Numbered from the stretch's first letter, positions 29,257-39,530 are shown. The stretch: DNA of 64,000 nt from Wujia sp. (GCA_051879955.1 JBJENA010000078.1:1618-65617), one strand, 5' to 3'. Program-made: numbers and translations. Notes: a model not told the origin generated them from the sequence alone.

Positions 29257-31297
29257 CGATTGTAATCACTCCTACCGATTTTAACTCTACATTGGAATCA
29301 ATCTCATTGTATGAAATAACGATGAGATCACGCAAATACTCTGAAGTTAATTTCTTAAAATACATACGTACAATCGGAGATGTTACAACAATCGGAGCAT
29401 CTCCCTTGCTTTCTAACTTCTGTACTTCTGTCTCTGTCGCCTTCAATATCTGTTTCGTTACTGCCGGATCCAAAGAGATAAAGGCTCCCTGCTCGGTCTG
29501 TTTTACGGAACCCATAATCATCTGCTCAATTCTCGGGTCCAAGGTTACCACTGTACCATTTTCCTCATCTCCAAAATATTTATTGGAAATCGCACGTTTC
29601 AGACTCTGACGTACATACTCTGTCAAAATATCTGTATCACGGCTCGTTGCCGCATAATCCGCTAATGTTTCAAAAATAGTTACCAAATCACGAATGGAGA
29701 TACCTTCATTCAAAAGATTCTGCAATACCTTTTGGATATCACCAACTCCGAGCAATTTCGGTACCAATTCATCCACAAGCGTTTTATTGTTTTCTTTAAT
29801 ATTATCAATCAAGTTCTGAACATCCTGACGAGTAAGCAATTCATCAAGATGCTGTTTTACAACCTCTGTCAAATGCGTTGCAATAATCGATGGCGGATCA
29901 ACAACCGTATAACCAAGTGATTCCGCGCGTTCGCGTTGTGATTCAGTAATCCACATCGCTTCCAGATGGAACGCTGGTTCCAGTGTAGGAATACCTACAA
30001 TTTCATCCTCCACATAGCCGGGATTCATGGCCATATAATGGTCAAACAGGATTTCTCCTTCACTAACCTGAATCCCTTTAATTTTAATAATGTATTGATT
30101 TGGATTCAACTGAATGTTATCTCTCAAACGAATAATCGGTACCACTGCGCCCAATTCCAAGGCAATCTGTCTACGAATCATAACGACACGATCCAACAAA
30201 TCTCCACCCTGATTGACATCAGCTAAAGGTATTATACCATAACCAAACTCCAATTCAATAGGGTCTACCTGTAACAATGCATTCACATTTTCGTGTCTGC
30301 GAACCTCGTCCGCCTGTACCTCTTCTTCCTCAACTTCTTCTTTAATAGCCGCCGTTTCTTCTTTTCCTCGTAATGACATAGACATTACAATAAACAAGAT
30401 ACCATATGTGGCACAAAACAGGAAATTAAGAGGTGTCAATGCACCAAGGAATATCATGGTCATACCAACCATCAACAATACCTTTGGAATGCTAAATAAC
30501 TGCCCTACCAGAATATCACCAATATTTTCTTCTTTTGATGCTTTCGTAACCAGAATACCGGTTGAAAGTGAGATCAACATAGATGGAATCTGGGATACCA
30601 AACCATCACCGATTGTCAAAATCGTATACTTATTCAGAGCCTCTCCCATCGGCATACCCTGCATGGTTACACCCATCACAATACCGCCCACGATGTTAAT
30701 AATCGTAATAATCAAACCGGCAGTCGCATCTCCCTTTACGTACTTTGTAGCACCATCCATGGCGCCAAAGAATGCCGATTCTTCCTGTATTTTTTCTCTT
30801 CGTCGAATCGCTTCCTTATCATCTATGGCGCCTGAGTTCAAATCTGCATCAATCGCCATCTGCTTTCCCGGCATGGCATCCAACGTAAATCTGGCAGTTA
30901 CTTCTGATACTCTTTCAGAACCTTTATTGATTACCATCATCTGCACGATAATCAACACAATAAATACAATCGCACCGATAACGAGATTTCCACCACCAAC
31001 AAAGGAACCAAACACTTCTACGACCTTACCCGGATTACCCGTTGAAAGAATCAAACGGGTAGAAGAAACGTTCAACGAAATACGAAATACAGTTGTAAAC
31101 AAAAGCAAAGTCGGAAAACCTGACATATTCAGGGTTTCACTTGTAAACAAACAATTAAATACAATAATCAACGCCATTGAAATGTTGAATAAAATCAACC
31201 AGTCCAACATGGTGGCAGGAATCGGAATAATCATGAATATAATTGCAGCAAGTAAATACACTCCCAAAAATATGTCATTTTTCTTCACGATTCTCAC
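29246..31297 (-). CDS. flhA: Flagellar export gate FlhA
   Basis: RVSEVTARFTLDAMPGKQMAIDADL, FFGAMDGA motifs; likely GTG start at 31288. Confidence 0.99.
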   Translation of the reverse strand: MRIVKKNDIFLGVYLLAAIIFMIIPIPATMLDWLILFNISMALIIVFNCLFTSETLNMSGFPTLLLFTTVFRISLNVSSTRLILSTGNPGKVVEVFGSFVGGGNLVIGAIVFIVLIIVQMMVINKGSERVSEVTARFTLDAMPGKQMAIDADLNSGAIDDKEAIRRREKIQEESAFFGAMDGATKYVKGDATAGLIITIINIVGGIVMGVTMQGMPMGEALNKYTILTIGDGLVSQIPSMLISLSTGILVTKASKEENIGDILVGQLFSIPKVLLMVGMTMIFLGALTPLNFLFCATYGILFIVMSMSLRGKEETAAIKEEVEEEEVQADEVRRHENVNALLQVDPIELEFGYGIIPLADVNQGGDLLDRVVMIRRQIALELGAVVPIIRLRDNIQLNPNQYIIKIKGIQVSEGEILFDHYMAMNPGYVEDEIVGIPTLEPAFHLEAMWITESQRERAESLGYTVVDPPSIIATHLTEVVKQHLDELLTRQDVQNLIDNIKENNKTLVDELVPKLLGVGDIQKVLQNLLNEGISIRDLVTIFETLADYAATSRDTDILTEYVRQSLKRAISNKYFGDEENGTVVTLDPRIEQMIMGSVKQTEQGAFISLDPAVTKQILKATETEVQKLESKGDAPIVVTSPIVRMYFKKLTSEYLRDLIVISYNEIDSNVELKSVGVITIDDN

Positions 31298-31318
31298 CTC
31301 CTTACAATTCGTTGTTTA

Positions 31319-32452
31319 CTAACTAACCTTGTTCTTTAATTTATATACATATGCCAAAACTTCCGCAACCGCCTGATACAGTTCCGGCGGTATCGCATCT
31401 CCCACTTCGACATTTGCATATAGCATACGTGCCAATGGTTTATCTTCCACTATCTCTACATCATTTTCTTTTGCCAAATCACGGATTTTAAAAGCCAGAT
31501 AATCCGCGCCCTTTGCTACAACTATAGGTGCTGCATTCACCATATTATCGTATTTTAACGCCACTGCAAAATGCGTCGGATTGGTGATAACGACATCTGC
31601 TTCCGGAACACTTTGCATCATTCGTCTTCTGGCAGCCTGTTGCATACGCTGGCGTTGTTGTGATTTGACCTTCGGATCTCCTTCCTGATTTTTATATTCA
31701 TCTTTGACTTCCTGTTTGGACATACGAAGATCCTTTTTATGTTTCCAACGCTGAAACACCAAATCCCCGAGTGAAATAGCCAAATATACAAGGGAAATTT
31801 TTATTCCAAGTTCCATAATCAAATCAAATAAAATACCAAGACAATCCTCAATACGCAAATCGTAAGCTGTGACAAATATTCCGGCATTATCCTTAATTAC
31901 CGAAAAAGCAACTGCTGAAAAAATTACAATTTTGACTAGAGAAATGAGTAATTCAAACATGGACTGCTTCGAAAACATTCGTTTAAATCCACTTATCGGA
32001 TTTATCTTATTGAGTTTCGGTTGCAGTGGTTTAGAAGTAACCATCCATTTTATCTGAACCTTTTGTGATACAAACGCAACCACAAATGCCACGATTGCAA
32101 ATGGTGCAATTGTAATTGCAATGTATGTAATTACACTCAACATAATTTGCCATAGCCGTACATCATTTAGTTCCTCAGAAAGTATATCTCCAATTCTTGA
32201 CCAATAATATGAAAAGACTTCTAGTAACCGATTACTCACAAAAGAAATCCATATACGAAGACACAGAAAAAGAGCCAGAAGCATAGCTGCAGATGAGATT
32301 TCTTTACTTTTTGCCACCTGACCTTCTTTTCGAGAATCTTCAATTTTTTTTGCTGTGGGTTCTTCTGTTTTTTCTCCACCTTCATCATTTGCAAAGAATT
32401 GCAAATCATAATGAAGCGCAAGCGTCATATCATCAAATCTACGATTCAGCAA
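31319..32452 (-). CDS. flhB: Flagellar export specificity switch FlhB
   Basis: EKTEEPT, EGDP and NPTH autocleavage motif; TTG at 32452 has a GGAGG RBS (ORF-track start is 32467). Confidence 0.97.
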   Translation of the reverse strand: MLNRRFDDMTLALHYDLQFFANDEGGEKTEEPTAKKIEDSRKEGQVAKSKEISSAAMLLALFLCLRIWISFVSNRLLEVFSYYWSRIGDILSEELNDVRLWQIMLSVITYIAITIAPFAIVAFVVAFVSQKVQIKWMVTSKPLQPKLNKINPISGFKRMFSKQSMFELLISLVKIVIFSAVAFSVIKDNAGIFVTAYDLRIEDCLGILFDLIMELGIKISLVYLAISLGDLVFQRWKHKKDLRMSKQEVKDEYKNQEGDPKVKSQQRQRMQQAARRRMMQSVPEADVVITNPTHFAVALKYDNMVNAAPIVVAKGADYLAFKIRDLAKENDVEIVEDKPLARMLYANVEVGDAIPPELYQAVAEVLAYVYKLKNKVS

Positions 32453-32453
32453 A

Positions 32454-33224
32454 TCATAAGCCTCCAAGCACTATGTTAATCATCTCTCGCATCTTTTCCA
32501 TAAGGAAATTTGCAATATTGGGAACATAAAGAATGCAAAGAGATAAAAGGGTCAACCCCACAAATACCTTCAACTGCATACCGATTGCAAACATATTCAT
32601 CTGTGGTGAACTCTTCGCTAACACGCCAAGAATCACATTCAGGATCGTTGCTCCTAAAAAAATTGGCATCGCAATTCGAAATCCAATCGCAAAAAATTCA
32701 GTCAAAAAACTTAATATTGACGAATATATGATAGCAGGATTCAATTGTACATGACCAACCGGTATCAGTTCAAAAGACTGTGCAGCCGCTGATAAAATAT
32801 AATAATGTAAATTCGTTATCATAATCACCAGGCAGACAATCTTATTATAAAGTTCTCCACTGATGGTCACCATACCTACACTTGGATCAAAAGTGGTTGC
32901 CATCGAAAAGCCGATTTCCCGATCGATAAACTCTCCAGCCACTGCGAGAGCCTTCAAAGTCAAACCGGAAACAAATCCTAACAGCAATCCCACCACTACT
33001 TCATTTAAAACAAGAACTGAGTAAGAAAGCACGGAATCATATACCGGTAAATCTACTTTAACCACTTGAAACAAAGTCAATGCAATAAAAAAAGATATTA
33101 GAATTCTCATCTTTGCATTTATCGCATTGTCACCAAAAATCGGTGCGATTGCAAGGAAGCTACCTGTACGTGCAAATACCAATAAAAAAGCTTCCAGCGT
33201 AAGCGTTGCGACTGTAAAGCTCAT
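32454..33224 (-). CDS. fliR: Flagellar export protein FliR
   Basis: Polytopic membrane protein with PQMNMFAIG; position between fliQ and flhB. Confidence 0.95.
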   Translation of the reverse strand: MSFTVATLTLEAFLLVFARTGSFLAIAPIFGDNAINAKMRILISFFIALTLFQVVKVDLPVYDSVLSYSVLVLNEVVVGLLLGFVSGLTLKALAVAGEFIDREIGFSMATTFDPSVGMVTISGELYNKIVCLVIMITNLHYYILSAAAQSFELIPVGHVQLNPAIIYSSILSFLTEFFAIGFRIAMPIFLGATILNVILGVLAKSSPQMNMFAIGMQLKVFVGLTLLSLCILYVPNIANFLMEKMREMINIVLGGL

Positions 33225-33230
33225 ACCTGA

Positions 33231-33500
33231 CTACCTCACAAAATCTCCAAAACGACCATAAATATCTTGAATAAAATTCAAAATATTAGTCAAAATCCAA
33301 TCTCCGCAAATTATAATTGTCAAAAAAACGCAAATCATTTTTGGTACGAAAGTCAAAGTCTGTTCCTGAATCGATGTTACCGTCTGAAAAATACTGATAA
33401 TCAATCCAATAACCAATGAAACAATCAACATCGGAGCACTGCACTTTATAATCAGCCATACCGCTTCCACAGTAATAGATATAACGTCTCCTGTACTCAT
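33231..33500 (-). CDS. fliQ: Flagellar export protein FliQ
   Basis: FQTVTSIQEQTLTFVPK motif. Confidence 0.98.
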   Translation of the reverse strand: MSTGDVISITVEAVWLIIKCSAPMLIVSLVIGLIISIFQTVTSIQEQTLTFVPKMICVFLTIIICGDWILTNILNFIQDIYGRFGDFVR

Positions 33501-33536
33501 ACCAAATCACCTCAAAATTCTCAGCTTACCAAATCG

Positions 33537-34370
33537 TTACAAATTAAACGAATTGACAAGCTGTCCAACAATCAAATTCCAGCCATCCGCCAGAATAAAC
33601 AACAAAATCTTAAAAGGCATAGCAATCATCGTCGGCGGAAGCATCATCATACCCATTGACATCAACACAGACGAGACTACCATATCTATCACAATAAACG
33701 GAATATAAATCAAGAAGCCTATAATAAACGCTGCACGAAGCTCGCTGATAATAAACGCCGGAATAATAACCGTCAATTTTAACTCATCCGCACTCTCAAC
33801 CGTATCCATTTTTGCAATATCCATAAAAAGTCGCAAATCTTCCTGTCGCGTTTGTTTTAACATAAATTCACGCAACGGTTTCACTCCTCGTTCTAAAGCC
33901 TCCTGCTGTGTGATTTCTTCTGCCACCAACGGGTCATACGCCTCCGTCTTTATCTGTGCCACAACAGGGCTCATAATAAAAAGGGTTAAAAACAACGAGA
34001 GCCCTATCAATACATTATTAGGTGGAGAGCTTTGCGTACCAATTGCAGTTCGGACAAAATGCAATACAATCACAATTCTCGTAAACGAGGTCACCATAAC
34101 TAAGATTGATGGAGCTATTGAAATTACCGTTATGATTAAAAGAATCTGCAAGGTTCCGGCCAAAGACGTCTCATCTTGATTGGAATTAAAAGTCAAACCA
34201 ACTGAAACGCCTTCATCTTCAGGCGAGATATTATCTCCCTGATTTTCTTCCACATCCGTATCAGGTGTTACACCCGTTGCATAGGAAGAAGTCGAGCTTG
34301 CAAACACGACAACAAAGAAAAGAGGAATAAGCAACAATAATATATATTTACGCATTCTTCTCAGTTTCAT
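33537..34370 (-). CDS. fliP: Flagellar export protein FliP
   Basis: TSFTRIVIVL, PAFIISEL, MGMMMLPP motifs. Confidence 0.98.
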   Translation of the reverse strand: MKLRRMRKYILLLLIPLFFVVVFASSTSSYATGVTPDTDVEENQGDNISPEDEGVSVGLTFNSNQDETSLAGTLQILLIITVISIAPSILVMVTSFTRIVIVLHFVRTAIGTQSSPPNNVLIGLSLFLTLFIMSPVVAQIKTEAYDPLVAEEITQQEALERGVKPLREFMLKQTRQEDLRLFMDIAKMDTVESADELKLTVIIPAFIISELRAAFIIGFLIYIPFIVIDMVVSSVLMSMGMMMLPPTMIAMPFKILLFILADGWNLIVGQLVNSFNL

Positions 34371-34378
34371 TATTAAAC

Positions 34379-34783
34379 CTACTTTTCGCTATTATCATTT
34401 GAATTTTTAGATTTCAAACCATCTAACACATTCTGAAAACTCTTTTTTTGCTGTACACCATCATCGATTTTTTTTGGCAATGTCTCAGAGAATTGAAGCT
34501 CTTCGGGATCCAATTCACACAAAACATGCACCTCTTCTTTTCCGATACCAAGCGCCAAATAATGCTCACCCACCTTAGCGATTGTGAGCATTTTATTTCC
34601 ATCTATTCGACGAGTTTCCAAAAATTGTATATTGGTTGTCGACAAGGTATGATTCTGTATTTTTGCAATATACCTTGTCGAATAATATGCTAATACTAAT
34701 ATCAATATCGTAATCAATATCAGCTTGGCAATACTCCACGCGGCAGAAAAACCTGTGGATAAGAGTATTGATCCTATCATCAT
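34379..34783 (-). CDS. fliO: Flagellar biogenesis protein FliO/FliZ
   Basis: Single TM plus beta-rich domain; position between cheY and fliP. Confidence 0.85.
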   Translation of the reverse strand: MMIGSILLSTGFSAAWSIAKLILITILILVLAYYSTRYIAKIQNHTLSTTNIQFLETRRIDGNKMLTIAKVGEHYLALGIGKEEVHVLCELDPEELQFSETLPKKIDDGVQQKKSFQNVLDGLKSKNSNDNSEK

Positions 34784-34786
34784 GTG

Positions 34787-35149
34787 TTACTCAACTGCCT
34801 TCTTTACTGCTTCAATTACACGATCCGGCTGAAACGGCTTAACAATGAAATCACGTGCTCCTGACTGAATGGATTCAATAACCATTGCCTGCTGTCCCAT
34901 AGCTGAGCACATAACAACACTTGCATTTGGATCATTCTCCTTAATCTTCTTCAATGCCTGAATTCCATCCATCTCTGGCATAGTAATGTCCATAAGAACC
35001 AAATCCGGCTTTGTCTCCATGTACTTTTCTACAGCTTTCGCACCATTTTCTGCTTCACCAGCGATATTGTAGCCATTCTTAACTAAAATATCCTTAATCA
35101 TCATTCTCATAAATGCCGCGTCATCACAAATCAAAATACTTTTTGCCAT
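34787..35149 (-). CDS. cheY: Chemotaxis response regulator CheY
   Basis: DDAAFMRMMIKDIL, DITMPEMDG, SAMGQQ, FIVKPF (Bacillus-type CheY). Confidence 0.97.
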   Translation of the reverse strand: MAKSILICDDAAFMRMMIKDILVKNGYNIAGEAENGAKAVEKYMETKPDLVLMDITMPEMDGIQALKKIKENDPNASVVMCSAMGQQAMVIESIQSGARDFIVKPFQPDRVIEAVKKAVE

Positions 35150-35166
35150 ATCATTACTCCTTCAAT

Positions 35167-36333
35167 TTATACTTTTTCTTTGATAATTTCCGTAATACGT
35201 ATACCGAAGCTTTCTTCGATTACAACAACCTCACCTTTTGCTACCAGTTTTTGATTGACCATAACATCAATCGGTTCACCTGCCAGCTTATCGAGCTCTA
35301 TAATGGTTCCGGGGGCAAATTCCAAAATCTCTTTTATCGATTTTCTCGTTCGACCCAACACTACAGAAACCTCGAGTGGAACATCCATAATCAAATCAAT
35401 ATTCTCCTGTTGCATTACAGGATTGATCATCGGACTAAATGCCTGAAATTGAACATTTTGAACATTCACGTCAGGTTGCATACCCATCATTGGTTGTCCC
35501 TGCATCGGCATTCCCATCATCGGTTGTCCCTGCATTGGCATTCCCATCATCGGCTGTCCCATCGCCTGATTCATAGCTGGCTGCGGGGCCGGTGTTGGCG
35601 TTGGCGGTGGAGTTACAGGTTGCGGTGTCGGTTGTGGTGTAACCGGCTCTTCTTTTTGACCTCCGCCACTAAATTTACTATAAAGCTCTTTTGCAAACTC
35701 AATTGGATAAAGTTGCATGATTGTACTGTCAACCAGGTCTCCGATTTTCATACGGAAGGTAACCCTTGCAAAATCTTTATCCAAAAAGCCGCTTGTTTTC
35801 GAAGTATCGATACTTCCAGCCATATCTACGAGTTCCGCATCTGGTGGACTAATATCAATCTTGCAATTTAACATTGAAGACAAAGATGTGGCTGAGCTTC
35901 CCATCATCTGATTCATAGCTTCGCATATTGCTGAAAAATGCAAATCCGTAAGCTCCGGTGCCGGATTTAATCCATCTCCACCCATCATCAAATCAGTGAT
36001 AACCTTCACATCATCTTCTTTTAATATCAAAACATTGTTTCCATCAATTCCTTCTTTGTAAAGAATATTGATAAAGACACATGGTTTTGCATACTCTGCT
36101 GTCAATTTATCCCAATTTGTAATTTCTACAACAGGGGTTGTAATTACAACCTTTTGGTTCACCAAGGAATAAAGCGTTGTTGCTGCTGTACCCATACAGA
36201 TGTTAGATATTTCACCTAACGCATCTGTCTCTTCCGGTGTCATGCTTGTAGCGCCTGTGGACGAGGAAGAAGTATCAGTGTTCATTCCACCTAATAACGC
36301 GTTAATCTCTTCCTGAGATAGCATTCCGTCCAT
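35167..36333 (-). CDS. fliY: Flagellar switch phosphatase FliY (CheC-like + FliN/SpoA domains)
   Basis: LSQEEINALL, EISN and EAMNQMMG phosphatase motifs, C-terminal AKGEVVVIEESFGIRITEI. Confidence 0.96.
   Translation of the reverse strand: MDGMLSQEEINALLGGMNTDTSSSSTGATSMTPEETDALGEISNICMGTAATTLYSLVNQKVVITTPVVEITNWDKLTAEYAKPCVFINILYKEGIDGNNVLILKEDDVKVITDLMMGGDGLNPAPELTDLHFSAICEAMNQMMGSSATSLSSMLNCKIDISPPDAELVDMAGSIDTSKTSGFLDKDFARVTFRMKIGDLVDSTIMQLYPIEFAKELYSKFSGGGQKEEPVTPQPTPQPVTPPPTPTPAPQPAMNQAMGQPMMGMPMQGQPMMGMPMQGQPMMGMQPDVNVQNVQFQAFSPMINPVMQQENIDLIMDVPLEVSVVLGRTRKSIKEILEFAPGTIIELDKLAGEPIDVMVNQKLVAKGEVVVIEESFGIRITEIIKEKV
35479..35560. repeat. 30-bp coding tandem repeat, about 2.7 copies (GQPMMGMPMQ), in the FliY linker
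   Basis: cccatcatcggttgtccctgcat(c/t)ggcatt units visible on the + strand. Confidence 0.85.
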
Positions 36334-36338
36334 ATTCT

Positions 36339-37319
36339 TTATTCCTCCTCTCTGATAATTTCTGTTACTTTCACTGCGTAATTATCACTAAATGATCCCG
36401 GCAGTGCTTTGAATTTTACTATATTTCCAACATATATATCAAGCTCATCTTCAACTTCCCGATTTAACTTAATGATATCTCCCACTTGAAGATTAGCAAA
36501 ATCCCATACTGTAAGTGAACTCTTTCCAAGCTCTGCAGATACCGGAATTGCTGCACGATTGATGGCTGTCTCAATCGCCTCTGCATAGCTGACTTCATCC
36601 TTTGCCTGCATAGTAGAAAACCAATATTTGGTATTCAGCTTATCCATAACATCTTCCAAAGTAATATACGGAAGACAGATGTTCATCAATCCCTCTACTC
36701 CACCAATGTTAATATTGACTGTCACAATTGCAATCATCTCCGTTGGTGAAATAATCTGCGCAAACTGGGAATTCGTCTCGATTCGTTCCAAATATGGTTG
36801 AATCTCAACTACATTTTCCCATGGTTCCCGTAACAAGTCAATCAAAATGGTAAATATCTTACTCAAAATTGATAATTCTATCTCCGAGAAATCCCGAAGT
36901 TTATCTAACGGTTCCCCCACGCCACCAAGCAGCCGGTCTATTATGGTATATCCAATATTCGATGCCATTTCCACAATGATATTTCCCGCTAAAGGGGACA
37001 TATTTACTACCCCAAGCAACACGGGATTGGACAAAGCATTTGAAAACTCAGAGTATGTAACTGCCTCTGAATTCATAACCTCCACCTGAACATTTTTTCG
37101 AAGGTAGGCTGGTAGATTACTGCTCAACAGACGTCCATAGTGTTCAAATATGATTTCAAGTGTACGAAGATGTTCCTTTGAAAACTTGGCTGGTCTTGAG
37201 AAATCATACTCCTTGACCTTGACGCTTTGGCTGTCTTCAAAATCATCTGCATCAATCTCTCCGGTAGACAGCTGCTTCAAAAGGGCATCTATTTCGTTTT
37301 GTGAGAGTACGTCTGCCAC
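36339..37319 (-). CDS. fliM: Flagellar motor switch protein FliM
   Basis: LSQNEIDALL, YDFSRPAKFSKEHLRTL, IDRLLGG motifs. Confidence 0.98.
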   Translation of the reverse strand: MADVLSQNEIDALLKQLSTGEIDADDFEDSQSVKVKEYDFSRPAKFSKEHLRTLEIIFEHYGRLLSSNLPAYLRKNVQVEVMNSEAVTYSEFSNALSNPVLLGVVNMSPLAGNIIVEMASNIGYTIIDRLLGGVGEPLDKLRDFSEIELSILSKIFTILIDLLREPWENVVEIQPYLERIETNSQFAQIISPTEMIAIVTVNINIGGVEGLMNICLPYITLEDVMDKLNTKYWFSTMQAKDEVSYAEAIETAINRAAIPVSAELGKSSLTVWDFANLQVGDIIKLNREVEDELDIYVGNIVKFKALPGSFSDNYAVKVTEIIREEE

Positions 37320-37342
37320 GTTTTCCCACCTCCTGGATTATT

Positions 37343-37864
37343 TTACTGTGCTACCCAATTATAAAAGCTAACAGAATAAATGCACTCTGCATTGAAGGTT
37401 TCTTTTAAAGCACTTAACAATCGTTCTTTAATCTCACTTGTAACCTTCTCACCATCTGTAACCTGAGAATATGTATAGCTTGCAATAATATCTCTCGTCA
37501 TATCATAAATAAGAGATGTAGATGCCTGAATATCCTTCGAAACCTTTGCATAATCACTCTTTGTTTTGTCCATGCTGATAGTCAAACCATACTGAACAAC
37601 ATGCAAATCATTGGTTCCATCATTTTTCAGGTTAACAGGATTGCTCTGCTCCAACTGATAATTATCTAAATTACTTACATCGAACGCAACATCATCCTGT
37701 GTTCTAGAGGCGATCTCAATATCCAAAACCTCTGAAATATTTGTAATCAGCTTATTTGTTTTGCTTGTAGATGGCATAAAAACAAATACTAATAAAATAT
37801 TAAACACCAAATTAATGATACATATTGCCAATATAACAACTGTAATCAGATTCTTCTTCATCAA
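37343..37864 (-). CDS. fliL: Flagellar basal body-associated FliL
   Basis: Single N-terminal TM, VNL motif, C-terminal ..SFYNWVAQ; position between motB and fliM. Confidence 0.85.
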   Translation of the reverse strand: MMKKNLITVVILAICIINLVFNILLVFVFMPSTSKTNKLITNISEVLDIEIASRTQDDVAFDVSNLDNYQLEQSNPVNLKNDGTNDLHVVQYGLTISMDKTKSDYAKVSKDIQASTSLIYDMTRDIIASYTYSQVTDGEKVTSEIKERLLSALKETFNAECIYSVSFYNWVAQ

Positions 37865-37872
37865 AATACTCC

Positions 37873-38718
37873 TTATTTCGAATTCTGTTTATTGTAAATT
37901 TTTATTACCACTCGACGGTTTCTGGCTCTACCCTCTGCTGTTTCATTTGATGCAATCGGCTGGCTTTCTCCATATCCGGCAATTTTCATATTCTTGTCAA
38001 TAAAATGCTCTTGCGAAATGATGTATTCATATACGCATCTTGCTCTCTCTGCAGATAATTCCCTGTTATTCGCATATTGTGAGCTTGAAATAGGGATATT
38101 ATCTGTATGGCCTTCAATTTCAATCGTATTATACTTGTACTTCACAAGAATCTTTGCTATTTTTTGTAAAAACAGCTTTGAATCTGATCTTACATCCGCT
38201 GCAGCTGAATCAAACAAAATCGAGCCATTCAAATCCAATTCTACGTATTGTTCATTAAAATCAATCACTATCTGGTCATCAATCGCAAAGTTCTCAGCAC
38301 TCTCAACCACTTCTTCATACATTTCCTGAGACTGCTGTTCTCCTCTTCGTTCATATTCAGCCTGAAGCTGTGCATCTGATAAATGCTCCGCATCCGTCGG
38401 AGATGCACTTACAGATTCATCGCCCGTATTGCCATCAATATTTTGTCCTGAACTTGTCAGCATGGAATTCGTATTATCCAGCTGTGTCACACCACCGGAC
38501 ATCATATCTCCGGAAATCATAGAGACGGATCCCTGACTCATAACACTAAAGGAGATATTGTCAAAAGATGCTGCGATCTTCTGAATCTTGCCTTCGTCCA
38601 TAGAAGAACTGGCAAACAGCAATACGAAGAAACACAAAAGCAAATTCATCAAGTCACTAAATGTGGCCATCCATGCCGGTGAACCCTCATCTGCCGGTTG
38701 TTCCTTTTTCTTGGCCAT
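37873..38718 (-). CDS. motB: Stator subunit MotB (MotS/PomB-like TM) with OmpA-like peptidoglycan-binding domain
   Basis: WMATFSDLMNLLLCFFVLL, EGHTDN, NRELSAERA, GRARNRRV motifs. Confidence 0.96.
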   Translation of the reverse strand: MAKKKEQPADEGSPAWMATFSDLMNLLLCFFVLLFASSSMDEGKIQKIAASFDNISFSVMSQGSVSMISGDMMSGGVTQLDNTNSMLTSSGQNIDGNTGDESVSASPTDAEHLSDAQLQAEYERRGEQQSQEMYEEVVESAENFAIDDQIVIDFNEQYVELDLNGSILFDSAAADVRSDSKLFLQKIAKILVKYKYNTIEIEGHTDNIPISSSQYANNRELSAERARCVYEYIISQEHFIDKNMKIAGYGESQPIASNETAEGRARNRRVVIKIYNKQNSK

Positions 38719-39506
38719 TACTGTCCACCACCTTCCTCACCAAATCCTTTACGCTCCTTCGGAGCCAGGAAGGCTTTCAGTTTTTCTTCGATTACTCGTG
38801 GATTTTCACCTGCCTGAATCGAAAGAATTCCCTCTATCATAACCTCTTTTAACTTAATTTCCATATCATTTTGTTTCTGTAGCTTAGATGCAACCGGTGT
38901 ACACAGCCAGTTTGCAAGTACAGAACCATACAAAGTTGTAATAAGTGCGATTGACATGTTTGGTCCGATTGAATCCGGATCAGACAAATCCTTCAACATG
39001 TTAATCAAACCAAGCAAGGTACCAATCATACCCCAGGCAGGACCTGCAGCACCCATCGCCTTCCAGAATCCGATATTCATCTGATGACGCGCATCGACAT
39101 TTATCAGCTCGGCTTCCAAAATACTACGTACCAATTCCGGATCCGTACCATCGACAATCAGCATGACTCCTTTTTTCATAAATTCGTCTTCCAATGAATT
39201 TGCTGATTCCTCCAATGCGAGCAAGCCCTCTCTTCTGGCCAGGTTGGAAAGTTCAATGATAGATTTAATGGTTTCCGTCTCATCAGACTTTGGAGTCTTG
39301 AAAATCAAAGTCATTGATTTTAAACCTGCTAAAAAGTCCTTTAACGGATTTGCCGCAAGCATAGCACCCAAGGTACCACCAAATACAATCGCAACAGACG
39401 CCGGATCTATGAAGTTTTGAATCGCGCCCATGCCCTTTCCATTTACCATACCGAAAATCATAAGGCCAAAAGCAACTATCAGACCAATTATTGACGCTAA
39501 ATCCAC
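38718..39506 (-). CDS. motA: Stator subunit MotA (MotP/PomA-like)
   Basis: ARREGLLALE, PAWGMIGTLLGLI, ALITTLYG motifs. Confidence 0.96.
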   Translation of the reverse strand: MDLASIIGLIVAFGLMIFGMVNGKGMGAIQNFIDPASVAIVFGGTLGAMLAANPLKDFLAGLKSMTLIFKTPKSDETETIKSIIELSNLARREGLLALEESANSLEDEFMKKGVMLIVDGTDPELVRSILEAELINVDARHQMNIGFWKAMGAAGPAWGMIGTLLGLINMLKDLSDPDSIGPNMSIALITTLYGSVLANWLCTPVASKLQKQNDMEIKLKEVMIEGILSIQAGENPRVIEEKLKAFLAPKERKGFGEEGGGQ

Positions 39507-39530
39507 TTTATCTTCCTCTGTTCACACTTA

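Noticed and set aside
30408-31322. 304-aa plus-strand ORF
   Set aside because: Antisense shadow of flhA with no recognisable domain; typical of codon bias on the opposite strand.
35113-35871. His/Arg/Trp-rich 252-aa plus-strand ORF suggesting a metal-binding protein
   Set aside because: The repeats are the reverse complement of the FliY Met/Pro/Gln linker.
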